This document shows positions 1-9,305 of a stretch of DNA of 64,000 nt, one piece after another (the stretch's first letter is position 1; each line of letters starts with the position of its first letter). A program made the translations under genes and the position numbers. Under the pieces are notes generated by a model. The model ran no database searches. It was given only the letters and a program-made list of their open reading frames with translations, and had not been told where the DNA came from. This DNA comes from an uncultured virus (IMG/VR IMGVR_UViG_3300037520_001345) (taxonomy: Duplodnaviria > Heunggongvirae > Uroviricota > Caudoviricetes). The stretch lies in the IMG/VR virus record IMGVR_UViG_3300037520_001345, one strand, 5' to 3'.

Positions 1-61
1 GTAATATAATAAACAAGAATTTTTAGAACATCCGGTTGCTATTCCGACACAGAAACGTATA

Positions 62-613
62 ATGAATCACCTGGACACATCGAAGATTCAACAACCTGTC
101 CCAAATCAATATGAGATTTTGGAAATAAAATTCTTAAACGGAACAAACATGAGACCGAGCTGGGCAAATTATTTTTTAGGACTTGCAAAAGTTGTTTCCC
201 AAAGAAGCCACGACATACATACCCAACACGGATGTATAATAACAGATCAAAACAACAGAATTCTCGGTGTCGGATATAATGGTTATCCAAGAGGATTGGA
301 CGACACCAATCTACCTAAAAGCCGTCCTGAAAAATACCCATGGATGATTCATGCTGAAAGAAATGCTTTGAGTAATTGTGTTGTAAGACCTGATAAGGGA
401 ATAGCTTATGTCACAGGACAGTCCTGCAATGATTGCATAATGGCTTTATGGCAAGAAGGAGTGACTGAAGTATTTATGACAGATACTCACGGTACACATT
501 TATTTGACGAACATCAACAAAAAATATTTGATACATTTTCAAAAATGAGTGGTATAAAAATTCATAAAATTCAACCAGATCTTTCTTGGTTGTCTAGTGT
601 CTGTGGTGTATGA
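62..613 (+). CDS. dCMP deaminase (deoxycytidylate deaminase); true start may be ATG at 149 (MRPSWANYF)
   Basis: RPSWxxYF, GYNG and HAERNA...SCNDC Zn-deaminase motifs. Confidence 0.92.
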   Translation: MNHLDTSKIQQPVPNQYEILEIKFLNGTNMRPSWANYFLGLAKVVSQRSHDIHTQHGCIITDQNNRILGVGYNGYPRGLDDTNLPKSRPEKYPWMIHAERNALSNCVVRPDKGIAYVTGQSCNDCIMALWQEGVTEVFMTDTHGTHLFDEHQQKIFDTFSKMSGIKIHKIQPDLSWLSSVCGV

Positions 614-734
614 TGATATCATCATTAAAAATATCATTATAGACATAATAGTAAATAAACTTTATGATTAATTATTGCACAGGGTTTTTTCTTTCTGTGT
701 TTCTATCGGACAAATCATATTAATAGGAGATCTT

Positions 735-2930
735 ATGTCGGCTTTACAAGAGTTACAGAATTATACTTTCGTTAGTAAATATGCAAGATGGTTAGAGAAA
801 GAGAATCGCAGAGAAACATGGAAAGAAGCTGTAGACAGAGTTAGAAATATGATGCATACAAAGTATGCTTCTTTAAACATAGGTTCTGATATCGATTGGG
901 CCTACGACATAATGCATAAGAAAAAAGTTTTAGGTTCTCAAAGAGCTTTACAGTTTGGTGGGGAACCTATCCTCAAAAGACATGCAAAAATTTACAACTG
1001 TACCAGTTCCTATTGTGACAGACTTAGATTTTTTCAAGAATGTTTTTGGCTACTATTGTGCGGTTCTGGTACTGGGTTTAGTGTTCAAAAACACCATATA
1101 GCAAAGCTACCTTCATTGTCACAGGAACCGAAATCAGAAACTGGTAAAAAGTATGTTATAGAAGATAGCATAGAAGGATGGGCTGATGCTCTGGGGGTTC
1201 TTCTTAGTTCATATTTTACAAAACCATCAGAAGATAAGTTTAAAGACTATAAAGACCAATATATAGTATTTGATTATTCTAATATTAGAGAAAAAGGATC
1301 TTCTTTATCGTCTGGTGTTGGTAAGGCTCCAGGGTTCGAACCTCTTCAAAACGGCTTAGAAAAAATAAGAACACTTCTAGACAGATGTCTAGCAAATGGA
1401 CAAAAAAAACTCCGACCAATAGATGCCTATGATATTATCATGCATAGTAGTGATGCTGTATTAAGCGGAGGAGTAAGAAGAAGTGCTTCCTTAGCACTAT
1501 TCAGTCATAACGATGTTGAGATGGCCAAGGCTAAAACAGGAAATTGGTACATGGATAATCCACAAAGGGCTCGTAGTAATAACTCAGCACTTCTATTAAA
1601 AGATGAAACCACATTTGATGAATTTCAAATTCTAATGGATAGTGTTAAAGAATTTGGAGAACCGGGATTTATCTGGAGCGATTCAACAGAAATGACTTTT
1701 AATCCGTGCGTAGAAGTAGGCATGTGGCCCGTAGACGAAGAAACAGGTAGATCTGGTTGGCAAGGCTGTAATTTGTCTACTATTAATTGCTCATCTGTTA
1801 CTGATGAAAGTGATTTTTATGAGAGATGTAAAGCTGCTGCGACTATAGGAACATTACAGGCTGGTTTTACAAATCTAGAGTATTTAGGCGAAATTAGCCA
1901 AAAAATCTTCCAAAGAGAAGCACTTCTTGGAGTTTCATTAACCGGGATCATGGAAAAGCATGATATCGTGTTAACAGAAAAAGTTCTTAAAAATGGTGCC
2001 AAAATAGCAGTAGACACTAATAAAGAATTAGCCAAAAAAATTGGTATTAATCAAGCTGCTAGAGTAACCTGTTTAAAACCAGAGGGTACGAGCAGTAGTA
2101 TGTTGGGAACAAGCTCTGGCATACACCCACATCACGCTAAACGCTATATAAGGCACGTACAGGCGAATGTTTTAGAGGCCCCATACCAACACTTCAAAAA
2201 AGTAAACCCGCAGGCGTGCGAGAAATCATCATGGTCTGCCAACAATACTGATGAGGTGGTTAAATTCCCTATAGAGGTACCAGATGGAGCTAAACTAAAG
2301 AATCAATTACCAGCAGTAGAAATGTTGTCAATAGTAAAAGACACTCAAAAAAATTGGGTCTATTCTGGTAAAAATAGATCATTATGTACCCAGAGCTATT
2401 TAAGTCATAATGTTAGCAATACCGTAACAGTTAAGCCAGATGAGTGGATAGATGTTACTAAGTACATATATGATAATCGTCGGTATTTTGCGGGGATCTC
2501 TTTGATTCCTCAGAGTGGAGACAAAGATTATATTCAGGCTCCGTTCACTACAGTGTATACTAGTAGAGAAATAGTCAAAGAATACGGAGATGCTGCTTTA
2601 TGGTGCTCTGGTTTAATAGAATTAGCTCTTAATGTATTTGACAACAATTTGTGGGCAGCTTGTGACTATGTAACTATGAATCAAGCTAAGGAAAACGACA
2701 CAGAAGATAGACTAAAGTTTATAACTAAAATGAAAAACTTTGCTGGTAAATATTTTAATAGCGATGTTAAAAGATTAACTTATTGTATGAAAGATGTATA
2801 TAATTGGAAAATTTATTGCGACTTATTCGATAGCTTCAAGAAGGTTGATTATACGCAACTACTGGAAACAGAGGATAATACTTTGGGAATAGAGGAAATT
2901 AGTTGCGCTGGCGGCGCCTGTCTAATTTAA
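735..2930 (+). CDS. nrdJ: Class II (adenosylcobalamin-dependent) ribonucleotide reductase, monomeric RTPR type
   Basis: SKYARW, GGVRRSA, NPCVE, GCNL, KPEGT motifs and C-terminal CAGGAC; AGGAGA SD just before ATG 735; no beta-subunit gene nearby. Confidence 0.88.
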   Translation: MSALQELQNYTFVSKYARWLEKENRRETWKEAVDRVRNMMHTKYASLNIGSDIDWAYDIMHKKKVLGSQRALQFGGEPILKRHAKIYNCTSSYCDRLRFFQECFWLLLCGSGTGFSVQKHHIAKLPSLSQEPKSETGKKYVIEDSIEGWADALGVLLSSYFTKPSEDKFKDYKDQYIVFDYSNIREKGSSLSSGVGKAPGFEPLQNGLEKIRTLLDRCLANGQKKLRPIDAYDIIMHSSDAVLSGGVRRSASLALFSHNDVEMAKAKTGNWYMDNPQRARSNNSALLLKDETTFDEFQILMDSVKEFGEPGFIWSDSTEMTFNPCVEVGMWPVDEETGRSGWQGCNLSTINCSSVTDESDFYERCKAAATIGTLQAGFTNLEYLGEISQKIFQREALLGVSLTGIMEKHDIVLTEKVLKNGAKIAVDTNKELAKKIGINQAARVTCLKPEGTSSSMLGTSSGIHPHHAKRYIRHVQANVLEAPYQHFKKVNPQACEKSSWSANNTDEVVKFPIEVPDGAKLKNQLPAVEMLSIVKDTQKNWVYSGKNRSLCTQSYLSHNVSNTVTVKPDEWIDVTKYIYDNRRYFAGISLIPQSGDKDYIQAPFTTVYTSREIVKEYGDAALWCSGLIELALNVFDNNLWAACDYVTMNQAKENDTEDRLKFITKMKNFAGKYFNSDVKRLTYCMKDVYNWKIYCDLFDSFKKVDYTQLLETEDNTLGIEEISCAGGACLI

Positions 2931-2955
2931 ACTCTATTTTGCAAAAGGGTATAAT

Positions 2956-3687
2956 TTGAGAAAAAATAATAAAAACTTAAAAAAGAAATCCAAAGTTATT
3001 GATATTACAAATAATATTGATCCTCAAACAAGCAGTGTGGTATATAGGAATCGTTTAAGGCCAAGAACAGAAAACCAAAGGGCGTATATTAGAACTGTTG
3101 CAGAAAACACTATTACATTTTGTCAGGGTTTGGCAGGCACTGGCAAAACTCATATAGCGATGGGAATGGCTATAGAATATTTATTAGACGAAAAAGTAAA
3201 AAAGATTATTGTTACCAGACCAGTTTTAGAAGCAGGAGAACGTATTGGGTTTTTACCAGGAACAGCGGAAGAAAAATTACACCCTTATCTACTACCATTA
3301 TTAGATGAGATTCAACACTTCATTACTATGCAACAGTATACCAGTTTGAAACTCAATAATAAAATAGAGGTTGTTCCTCTTGGTTTGATGAGAGGTAGAA
3401 ATTTCCATAATGCTTTTATTGTTGCTGACGAATGTCAGAATGCCTCTTATGATCAATTAAAAATGTTATTAACAAGAACTGGCACTGATAGCAAAATGGT
3501 TTTAACAGGAGACATCGGTCAATCTGACTTGAATAGAAATATGCAGGGAGGATTTTTAAACATGATGAAAGCATTGGACGGAGTTGACGGTTTGGGTTTT
3601 GTACAATTACAATCGTCTGATATTGTTAGAAATCCAATCATATCAAAAATTTTGACACGATTAGACTCACATGAGACACAAACATAA
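2956..3687 (+). CDS. phoH: PhoH-family ATPase
   Basis: GLAGTGKT Walker A, RPVLEAGERIGFLPG, MRGRNF, DECQN, GDIGQSD, DIVRNP. Confidence 0.95.
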   Translation: MRKNNKNLKKKSKVIDITNNIDPQTSSVVYRNRLRPRTENQRAYIRTVAENTITFCQGLAGTGKTHIAMGMAIEYLLDEKVKKIIVTRPVLEAGERIGFLPGTAEEKLHPYLLPLLDEIQHFITMQQYTSLKLNNKIEVVPLGLMRGRNFHNAFIVADECQNASYDQLKMLLTRTGTDSKMVLTGDIGQSDLNRNMQGGFLNMMKALDGVDGLGFVQLQSSDIVRNPIISKILTRLDSHETQT

Positions 3688-4249
3688 ACAATGCTTAGTA
3701 CTTAATGCTGATTACACACCACTAGGCATTATCGATTGGAAAAAGGCTATGGTGTGGTCATTTAAGTATATTTATAATAGTTCTAAAATGCATATAGAAA
3801 TTATAGACTATTATGATAGTGATTATATTGTTGGAGCTAATAATAAAACTTTTTTGATTCCAGCAGTTATCAAAACAAACAAATACTTTAAGGTCCACAC
3901 ACAGTCTGTGACTTTTTCTAGAAAAAATTTATTCATTAGAGATAATTTTACATGTCAATATTGTGGAGAAAAGAACGAAATTAATAAATTGACTTATGAT
4001 CATGTCATACCCAAATCTAAGTGGCAGTTTGATCATTCTCCCACAAATTGGACCAATATAGTTACTGCTTGTGTATCCTGCAATCTCAAAAAGAAAAATA
4101 GAACGCCGTCCCAAGCTAATATGCCTTTAAGAAATCATCCGGTAGTACCGCAGAAAAGCATCAAATACTTGCCAGTGAGTCATCACATTTCTACTATAAA
4201 ATCGGAAGTTCCCGACCAGTGGAAGATTTATTTTAAAGATTTTCAGTAA
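3671..4249 (+). CDS. HNH endonuclease (McrA/HNH_5-like)
   Basis: LVLNADYTPL; RDNFTCQYCG...TYDHVIPKS...NIVTACVSCNLKK. Confidence 0.9.
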   Translation: MRHKHKQCLVLNADYTPLGIIDWKKAMVWSFKYIYNSSKMHIEIIDYYDSDYIVGANNKTFLIPAVIKTNKYFKVHTQSVTFSRKNLFIRDNFTCQYCGEKNEINKLTYDHVIPKSKWQFDHSPTNWTNIVTACVSCNLKKKNRTPSQANMPLRNHPVVPQKSIKYLPVSHHISTIKSEVPDQWKIYFKDFQ

Positions 4250-4599
4250 TGCCAACATATTCTTATTATTGTGACAAGTGTAAACTAGGATTTGAGTTAT
4301 TCTCCCATATAAGAGATTATGTGGAATCACCCAAATGTGTTCAATGTGGAAAAACATCATGTACATATAGACAATATATCAAAGATATTAGTACACAAAA
4401 TGTATCTGTTAAAAAATCAGATAGCGAACTCAAAACATTGGGAGATTTAGCAAACAGAAATAGAGATAGATTAAGCGAAGACCAAAAACAAGCATTAGAT
4501 CAAAAACATAATGATTATAAAGAAATAGAATCTACCAAAGAATTGCCTAGTGGTATGTCTAGGATGAAGAAAACCAAAGTTAAGAACAAGTGGACCTAA
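4249..4599 (+). CDS. FmdB-like zinc-ribbon protein
   Basis: MPTYSYYCDKC...FE...CVQCG; TAATG coupling to the upstream gene. Confidence 0.75.
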   Translation: MPTYSYYCDKCKLGFELFSHIRDYVESPKCVQCGKTSCTYRQYIKDISTQNVSVKKSDSELKTLGDLANRNRDRLSEDQKQALDQKHNDYKEIESTKELPSGMSRMKKTKVKNKWT

Positions 4600-4618
4600 T
4601 AAATTAAGAAAGAAAATC

Positions 4619-5008
4619 ATGACTATTTTTAATCCATCTAGCTGCTTTAAAGAAGACCCACTAAATGATTCATTAGAAGAGACTTATTACACTCTAATAG
4701 GATCAGAAGATAAACTTGATTCTGAAAATCTGCCTATTAGATCTAAGCTAGACAGTAAGGTATACGCTAAGAAAATTATGAGAGCTGACCAAACGGTAAA
4801 GTATTTAATTAGATTAGATCGTAATGGAAAACTCTTCAACCCTATTTCTTTTTATGGCGAAGAAAAGAATAATAATTTTTTGGATAGAGTCTGTAGGTCA
4901 AATGATAAATTCAAACAGGTTAGTCAGAAAACATTTAATTTGTATGCAGAATTTCTAAAATCAAAAAATCCAGCATGGCTTAATAATGCAGAAAGGGAGA
5001 CTGAATAA
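4619..5008 (+). CDS. Hypothetical protein, paralog of 6617..6973
   Basis: Shares YAK, KLFNP, KQVS/T..F..Y..FL and AE motifs with 6617..6973. Confidence 0.7.
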   Translation: MTIFNPSSCFKEDPLNDSLEETYYTLIGSEDKLDSENLPIRSKLDSKVYAKKIMRADQTVKYLIRLDRNGKLFNPISFYGEEKNNNFLDRVCRSNDKFKQVSQKTFNLYAEFLKSKNPAWLNNAERETE

Positions 5009-5352
5009 TGTCAAGAATTAATAGAACACAATCATATGCAGCTCTATGGCTGAATCATTTAGGTTGGCCAGTAGAAAAAATATCTAATGAACTAGAAATA
5101 ACGGATAATCAGGTATTAGGGGTTATTAAAAAAGAAAAAGAAAAGGGTAGTTCTTCTGCAATCAAAACAGCTTCGTCCTCAACCAGTGCATCAAAATCAA
5201 AGCACTTGATGATAACAGACTCAGCTAATAACAAAAATAACGTAGCCATTATGACCAAAGAAGCATCTGCCTTAAATGATGATTTCAAAAAGCAAAATCC
5301 CCCAACAACTGAAAATAGATTTTCCAAGAATATTTTTAGGATTAACGAATAA
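5008..5352 (+). CDS. Hypothetical protein with possible N-terminal helix-turn-helix
   Basis: GWPVEKISNELEITDNQVLGVI resembles an HTH; TAATG coupling on both sides. Confidence 0.55.
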   Translation: MSRINRTQSYAALWLNHLGWPVEKISNELEITDNQVLGVIKKEKEKGSSSAIKTASSSTSASKSKHLMITDSANNKNNVAIMTKEASALNDDFKKQNPPTTENRFSKNIFRINE

Positions 5353-5735
5353 TGAGCAATATGCCACAGATGGATCCTAATCAAATCCAAGCAATGATTG
5401 TAATGTTACAGTCTATGCTTTCTCAACAAACAAATGTTTCAGATGCTCCTAGTGCCAAACCTAAAAAACCTCGTTCTAAAAAGGCATCCAATCAATCTAC
5501 CAGTAATGGTAGAATTAATAAATTTGATTCGATGACCGAGAAAAATTTACATAAAGAAGACATAGAAATAGACCGTAAGTTAAGTCAGATACCGCCAGTT
5601 CCTAGGGCTCGTAAGTTTAGTACTTTAAATGTTCAGTGCAGAGTATGTGGTAAGAGAGAAGAGATTAACCCTACCTTATTATCAGATGCTCCGGATAGAT
5701 ACAAATGTAATAAATGTTCAGTAAGTCCTGGTTAA
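5352..5735 (+). CDS. Hypothetical protein with C-terminal Zn ribbon
   Basis: CRVCG...CNKC. Confidence 0.65.
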   Translation: MSNMPQMDPNQIQAMIVMLQSMLSQQTNVSDAPSAKPKKPRSKKASNQSTSNGRINKFDSMTEKNLHKEDIEIDRKLSQIPPVPRARKFSTLNVQCRVCGKREEINPTLLSDAPDRYKCNKCSVSPG

Positions 5736-5741
5736 AATATA

Positions 5742-5984
5742 ATGGAATATATAGAAGAATTAGAATCTGGTACTATTTTCCGTTCAAACGAGGATCATTA
5801 TTTTTTATTGACTTCTGATTTTAAACAAAACGGAAGCAGACTGTGTTACTCTATAAAGAACGGCTTGCCCCAATGGTTCCCTTCCGATACTATAGTGTCA
5901 AGGGATACCGTTTATACTCTTGACAAAGACCATAATATATGTCCTATAAAACCTATACAATCTCAATATCCAGAAAAATCTTAA
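5742..5984 (+). CDS. Small hypothetical protein
   Basis: Fills the gap in a tightly packed operon. Confidence 0.6.
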   Translation: MEYIEELESGTIFRSNEDHYFLLTSDFKQNGSRLCYSIKNGLPQWFPSDTIVSRDTVYTLDKDHNICPIKPIQSQYPEKS

Positions 5985-6214
5985 CTTTTCTTAAGGCTTT
6001 ATTCTGGCATATTAATGCAGGATTTCCCAAGGCTACCTCTGATGAAATAAGAGATAGATTAAATATTTGCATGTCTTGTGAATATATGGAAAAAACTAAG
6101 TCTCAGTGTTTGATGTGTGGATGTAATTTGTCTAATAAAAAAGTTTTTATGAATAAACTAGCATGGGCAGATCAAGAGTGTCCTGTTCAGAAATGGAAGA
6201 AAATTAAAAGATGA
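5939..6214 (+). CDS. Small Cys-rich protein (RLxICxxC...CxxCGC...CPxxKW), paralog of the C-terminus of 27929..28480
   Basis: DRLNICMSCE...CLMCGC...MNKLAWADQECPVQKW. Confidence 0.75.
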   Translation: MSYKTYTISISRKILTFLKALFWHINAGFPKATSDEIRDRLNICMSCEYMEKTKSQCLMCGCNLSNKKVFMNKLAWADQECPVQKWKKIKR

Positions 6215-6624
6215 ACACAGAAGAATATAAGCCTCCGCTACCTCATGATATAGTATCTCAATATATATCAGAAGAAGAATTAGAGCTTTTACAAAAACTA
6301 GAAGGCAAACTTAGACAAGCTGAACAGGCGTTGTCTGAGGAGGCTCAAAAATTTTGTCAATTCCAACAAGCTTGTGCCACAGATACAACAAACCAAGAGG
6401 AAGTATTGGGGCCTCGTCCATATATGGTGAACATACAAATAGTTTGCGATGTATTACAGGAACAGCCGGATATGACAGGATCTAATATGGTCGAAAGAAT
6501 CCATAAAACATATATGGCAGATTTTATAACAGATAACTATAAAACAGTTATTGATACATTATACAATAATATAGAGTCTTTGCTCACGGACACCTGTAAG
6601 AATACTATAAAAAACGATGAGTGA
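6211..6624 (+). CDS. Hypothetical protein
   Basis: ATGA overlap with the upstream gene; operon packing. Confidence 0.6.
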   Translation: MNTEEYKPPLPHDIVSQYISEEELELLQKLEGKLRQAEQALSEEAQKFCQFQQACATDTTNQEEVLGPRPYMVNIQIVCDVLQEQPDMTGSNMVERIHKTYMADFITDNYKTVIDTLYNNIESLLTDTCKNTIKNDE

Positions 6625-6973
6625 GATTTGGTTTACTTCTCGTAGTCATAGCAACGGATGTGATAAAAATAATAATTACATCACAGACGATTCTGCGAAA
6701 ACTTATGCTAAAATTATCGTAGATAATAACTCTATAACTTTTTATATTAAAGGTGGTAAATACGCCAAACTGTTTAATCCAAATGGTTTTTGGCTAAACA
6801 GCTCAGGACATTACGATAAACAAGAAAATTTTGATTTTTGGACATGGAAACAAGTTACAAAAGATATCTTTGATGCGTATTTATTGTTTTTACGCACAGA
6901 AAGCTATATTCATTTAGGACTAGCAGAGAAGCTGTATTTAAAATATGACAATGTATCCGTCGAAATACTCTAA
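6617..6973 (+). CDS. Hypothetical protein, paralog of 4619..5008
   Basis: KTYAK...KLFNP...WKQVTKDIFDAYLLFL...LAEK. Confidence 0.7.
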   Translation: MSEIWFTSRSHSNGCDKNNNYITDDSAKTYAKIIVDNNSITFYIKGGKYAKLFNPNGFWLNSSGHYDKQENFDFWTWKQVTKDIFDAYLLFLRTESYIHLGLAEKLYLKYDNVSVEIL

Positions 6974-7373
6974 CGGAAAAACCGTTACAGCAGCACAGTA
7001 TATTACAGAAATGATCTGTGAAAACCTAGCGAAGAAAAAAAATAAAGACCTGCATTATAGGTTCTGGTTAAATGTAGAATGGTGCAAATTTTATAAGTCG
7101 CAGATTTTTACTGCTCATAAACTACTTAAAAAACACACAGACAAGGCTATCATAGCTGCTCTTAAGAGTGAGAAAGGCAGAAAAATTTTCTCATTGAGGG
7201 CTCCACATTTGGAAGCTATCATTATACAGCAGCAAGTCGTCATAGATGCAAAAAATAACGACATATCAAAAGAAATTATCCGGGTAGATAAGTCTATTGG
7301 TGGCGTAGCTAATAATAAAAATACGAAGAAATCTATCATAGAAAAATTAAAGGAACTAGATAATGAAAATTAA
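6945..7373 (+). CDS. Hypothetical basic protein upstream of recA
   Basis: Overlaps both neighbours; typical composition. Confidence 0.65.
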   Translation: MTMYPSKYSNGKTVTAAQYITEMICENLAKKKNKDLHYRFWLNVEWCKFYKSQIFTAHKLLKKHTDKAIIAALKSEKGRKIFSLRAPHLEAIIIQQQVVIDAKNNDISKEIIRVDKSIGGVANNKNTKKSIIEKLKELDNEN

Positions 7374-8382
7374 AGAGAGCGTTAAAAAAGATTTTGGAGA
7401 TAATATTATTGTTAGTGCCGCCTCTGTTGTGGATAAAAAGTCTGTTATTATTCCTGTGAGTCCAGCTATAGATATGGTCTTAAATGGTGGTATCCCAGAG
7501 GGAAGCTTTGTGGTCTTGACAGGTCAACCAAAGTGTGGTAAAACCACCACATCACTAACGTTTGCTGCAACAGCACAGAATCCTATATACGGTTCTGGTA
7601 CGTTCAAAGATGGCAGGGAAGTGTACTACCTAAATATAGAAGGTAGATTGAAGAAACGAGACCTAGAAGGAATACCCGGATTAAATTTCGATAAGTTTCA
7701 TGTTATCGGATCTCAAATGGGAAAGATATTACATGCTGAAGAATATTTACAAATAGCAGAAAGAATCATTAATGAAGAACCTGGATCAGTACTAATCATA
7801 GACTCATATTCTGCTTTATGTACGGAAGCAGAAATTACAAGTGATATGGATAAGATGCAAAGAGCAGATGGAGCAAAACTATTAGCAAAATTTTGCCGCA
7901 AAGTAGCTAATGTTATACCTGTTAATAAAAATGTTGTTATAGGCATTACACACTTAATGGGTAATCCAACAGGATACGGAGCAGAGTTCAAAGAAAAATC
8001 TGGTCAAGCAATAGCATATCAAACGGACATAAAATTAAGAGCAAAAACTTTTAAGCCTTGGCTAGTAGGAACAGAAAATACACAAATAGGTCAAGAGGTT
8101 GAGTGGCAAACTATTTGTTCTGCCTTGGGACCGCCGGGAGGGTCTATTACAAGCTATATTAGATACGGATATGGAATAGATAGATACACAGAAATTATTA
8201 CTATAGGTACTGATGTTGGACTGATATCTAAAGCTGGATCTTGGTATACCTTAGATTTCATTAAGGATAGTACAACTAAGTTTCAGGGAACAGAAAAAAT
8301 TCGCCAGTTTTTAATAGAAAACGAAGAAGCATATAATGAACTATATAAACAAATAAACGAAATTCTTGGACATAATAAATAA
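7363..8382 (+). CDS. recA: RecA/UvsX-like recombinase
   Basis: IDMVLNGGIPEG, GQPKCGKTT Walker A, IIDS Walker B, SGQAIAY, YGYGID, ISKAGSWY. Confidence 0.92.
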   Translation: MKIKESVKKDFGDNIIVSAASVVDKKSVIIPVSPAIDMVLNGGIPEGSFVVLTGQPKCGKTTTSLTFAATAQNPIYGSGTFKDGREVYYLNIEGRLKKRDLEGIPGLNFDKFHVIGSQMGKILHAEEYLQIAERIINEEPGSVLIIDSYSALCTEAEITSDMDKMQRADGAKLLAKFCRKVANVIPVNKNVVIGITHLMGNPTGYGAEFKEKSGQAIAYQTDIKLRAKTFKPWLVGTENTQIGQEVEWQTICSALGPPGGSITSYIRYGYGIDRYTEIITIGTDVGLISKAGSWYTLDFIKDSTTKFQGTEKIRQFLIENEEAYNELYKQINEILGHNK

Positions 8383-8792
8383 TGGAAGTACAGGATCTTG
8401 ATGGAAATTGGCACAACTGGAGTTTGCATGGACATATAGCAAAAGGTTCTTTAACTAATAAATCTAGTTTACATTTACGTGCTAGACAAATATTAAAAGA
8501 ACATTATCCTACTATGCAAATTCTAGAAGAGGTACCTATTACCGTTAGACGTTCTGAAACTTTATATCTAGATTTTTATATTCCATTAATTAAAAAATGC
8601 ATAGAGGTTCATGGAGAACAACATTATAAGTTTGTTCCTTTTTATCATACTAATAAACTGAACTTCTTAAAATCCAGAAAAAGAGATAAACAAAAACAGG
8701 AGTGGTGCTTTCTCAATAATATACAATATATTGAGTTTCCACATTTTGATACAGACAAATGGAAAGACATTATAAATGAAAAAAACAGCTAA
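8382..8792 (+). CDS. Vsr/DUF559-like PD-(D/E)xK endonuclease
   Basis: LYLDFYIP...IEVHGEQHY...RDKQKQEWC. Confidence 0.75.
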   Translation: MEVQDLDGNWHNWSLHGHIAKGSLTNKSSLHLRARQILKEHYPTMQILEEVPITVRRSETLYLDFYIPLIKKCIEVHGEQHYKFVPFYHTNKLNFLKSRKRDKQKQEWCFLNNIQYIEFPHFDTDKWKDIINEKNS

Positions 8793-9270
8793 AGAAGAAT
8801 TACAGAACTGGGATAGTATCTTGGACGAATATGAGCATGGTCTCAATATTCCAAAATATGCTGCTAATCCAGACTCATTACCAGAGGATGAACTCAATAA
8901 TTATCTCACTATGGATAGAAAGTCTTTGGAAAGTCTATCTCCAGAAGATTGTGGACAAATTGCATATAGGTTAGGCCAATATGCTTTTTATATACAAAGA
9001 ACTATTAATAGAGAAACAGCAAGATATAATTGGGCAGATGAGACGATCAAGGAAGTAATAGCTGATGAATTAAATAATTATAAAGGATATGGCTATGTTG
9101 AAAAATCAATTCAGGCTATTAAACACAACGACAAAGCTGAAGCCCTCAATGCTATAAAGAAATACGCTAAACAAAGAACAGATAGATTACTTTATATAGC
9201 CACATCAATTAAAAACTTATCTGATATACTATTATCTATTCAACGAAACAAAATCAAAAACTTGAACTAA
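8776..9270 (+). CDS. Helical hypothetical protein, possibly UvsY-like recombination mediator
   Basis: Coiled-coil character and position between recA and dnaB; function inferred from context only. Confidence 0.45.
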   Translation: MKKTAKEELQNWDSILDEYEHGLNIPKYAANPDSLPEDELNNYLTMDRKSLESLSPEDCGQIAYRLGQYAFYIQRTINRETARYNWADETIKEVIADELNNYKGYGYVEKSIQAIKHNDKAEALNAIKKYAKQRTDRLLYIATSIKNLSDILLSIQRNKIKNLN

Positions 9271-9271
9271 C

Positions 9272-9302
9272 TTGACAACAACAGCCACGGACAGATTATA
9301 AT
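9272..9302 (+). promoter_or_regulatory. Sigma70-like promoter immediately upstream of dnaB
   Basis: TTGACA at 9272-9277; GATTAT (16-bp spacer) or TATAAT (19-bp spacer); no SD before ATG 9306. Confidence 0.55.
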
Positions 9303-9305
9303 ATA

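Noticed and set aside
675..734. ORF-track start of the RNR at 675
   Set aside because: A strong AGGAGA SD precedes ATG 735, and recognisable RNR sequence starts after it.
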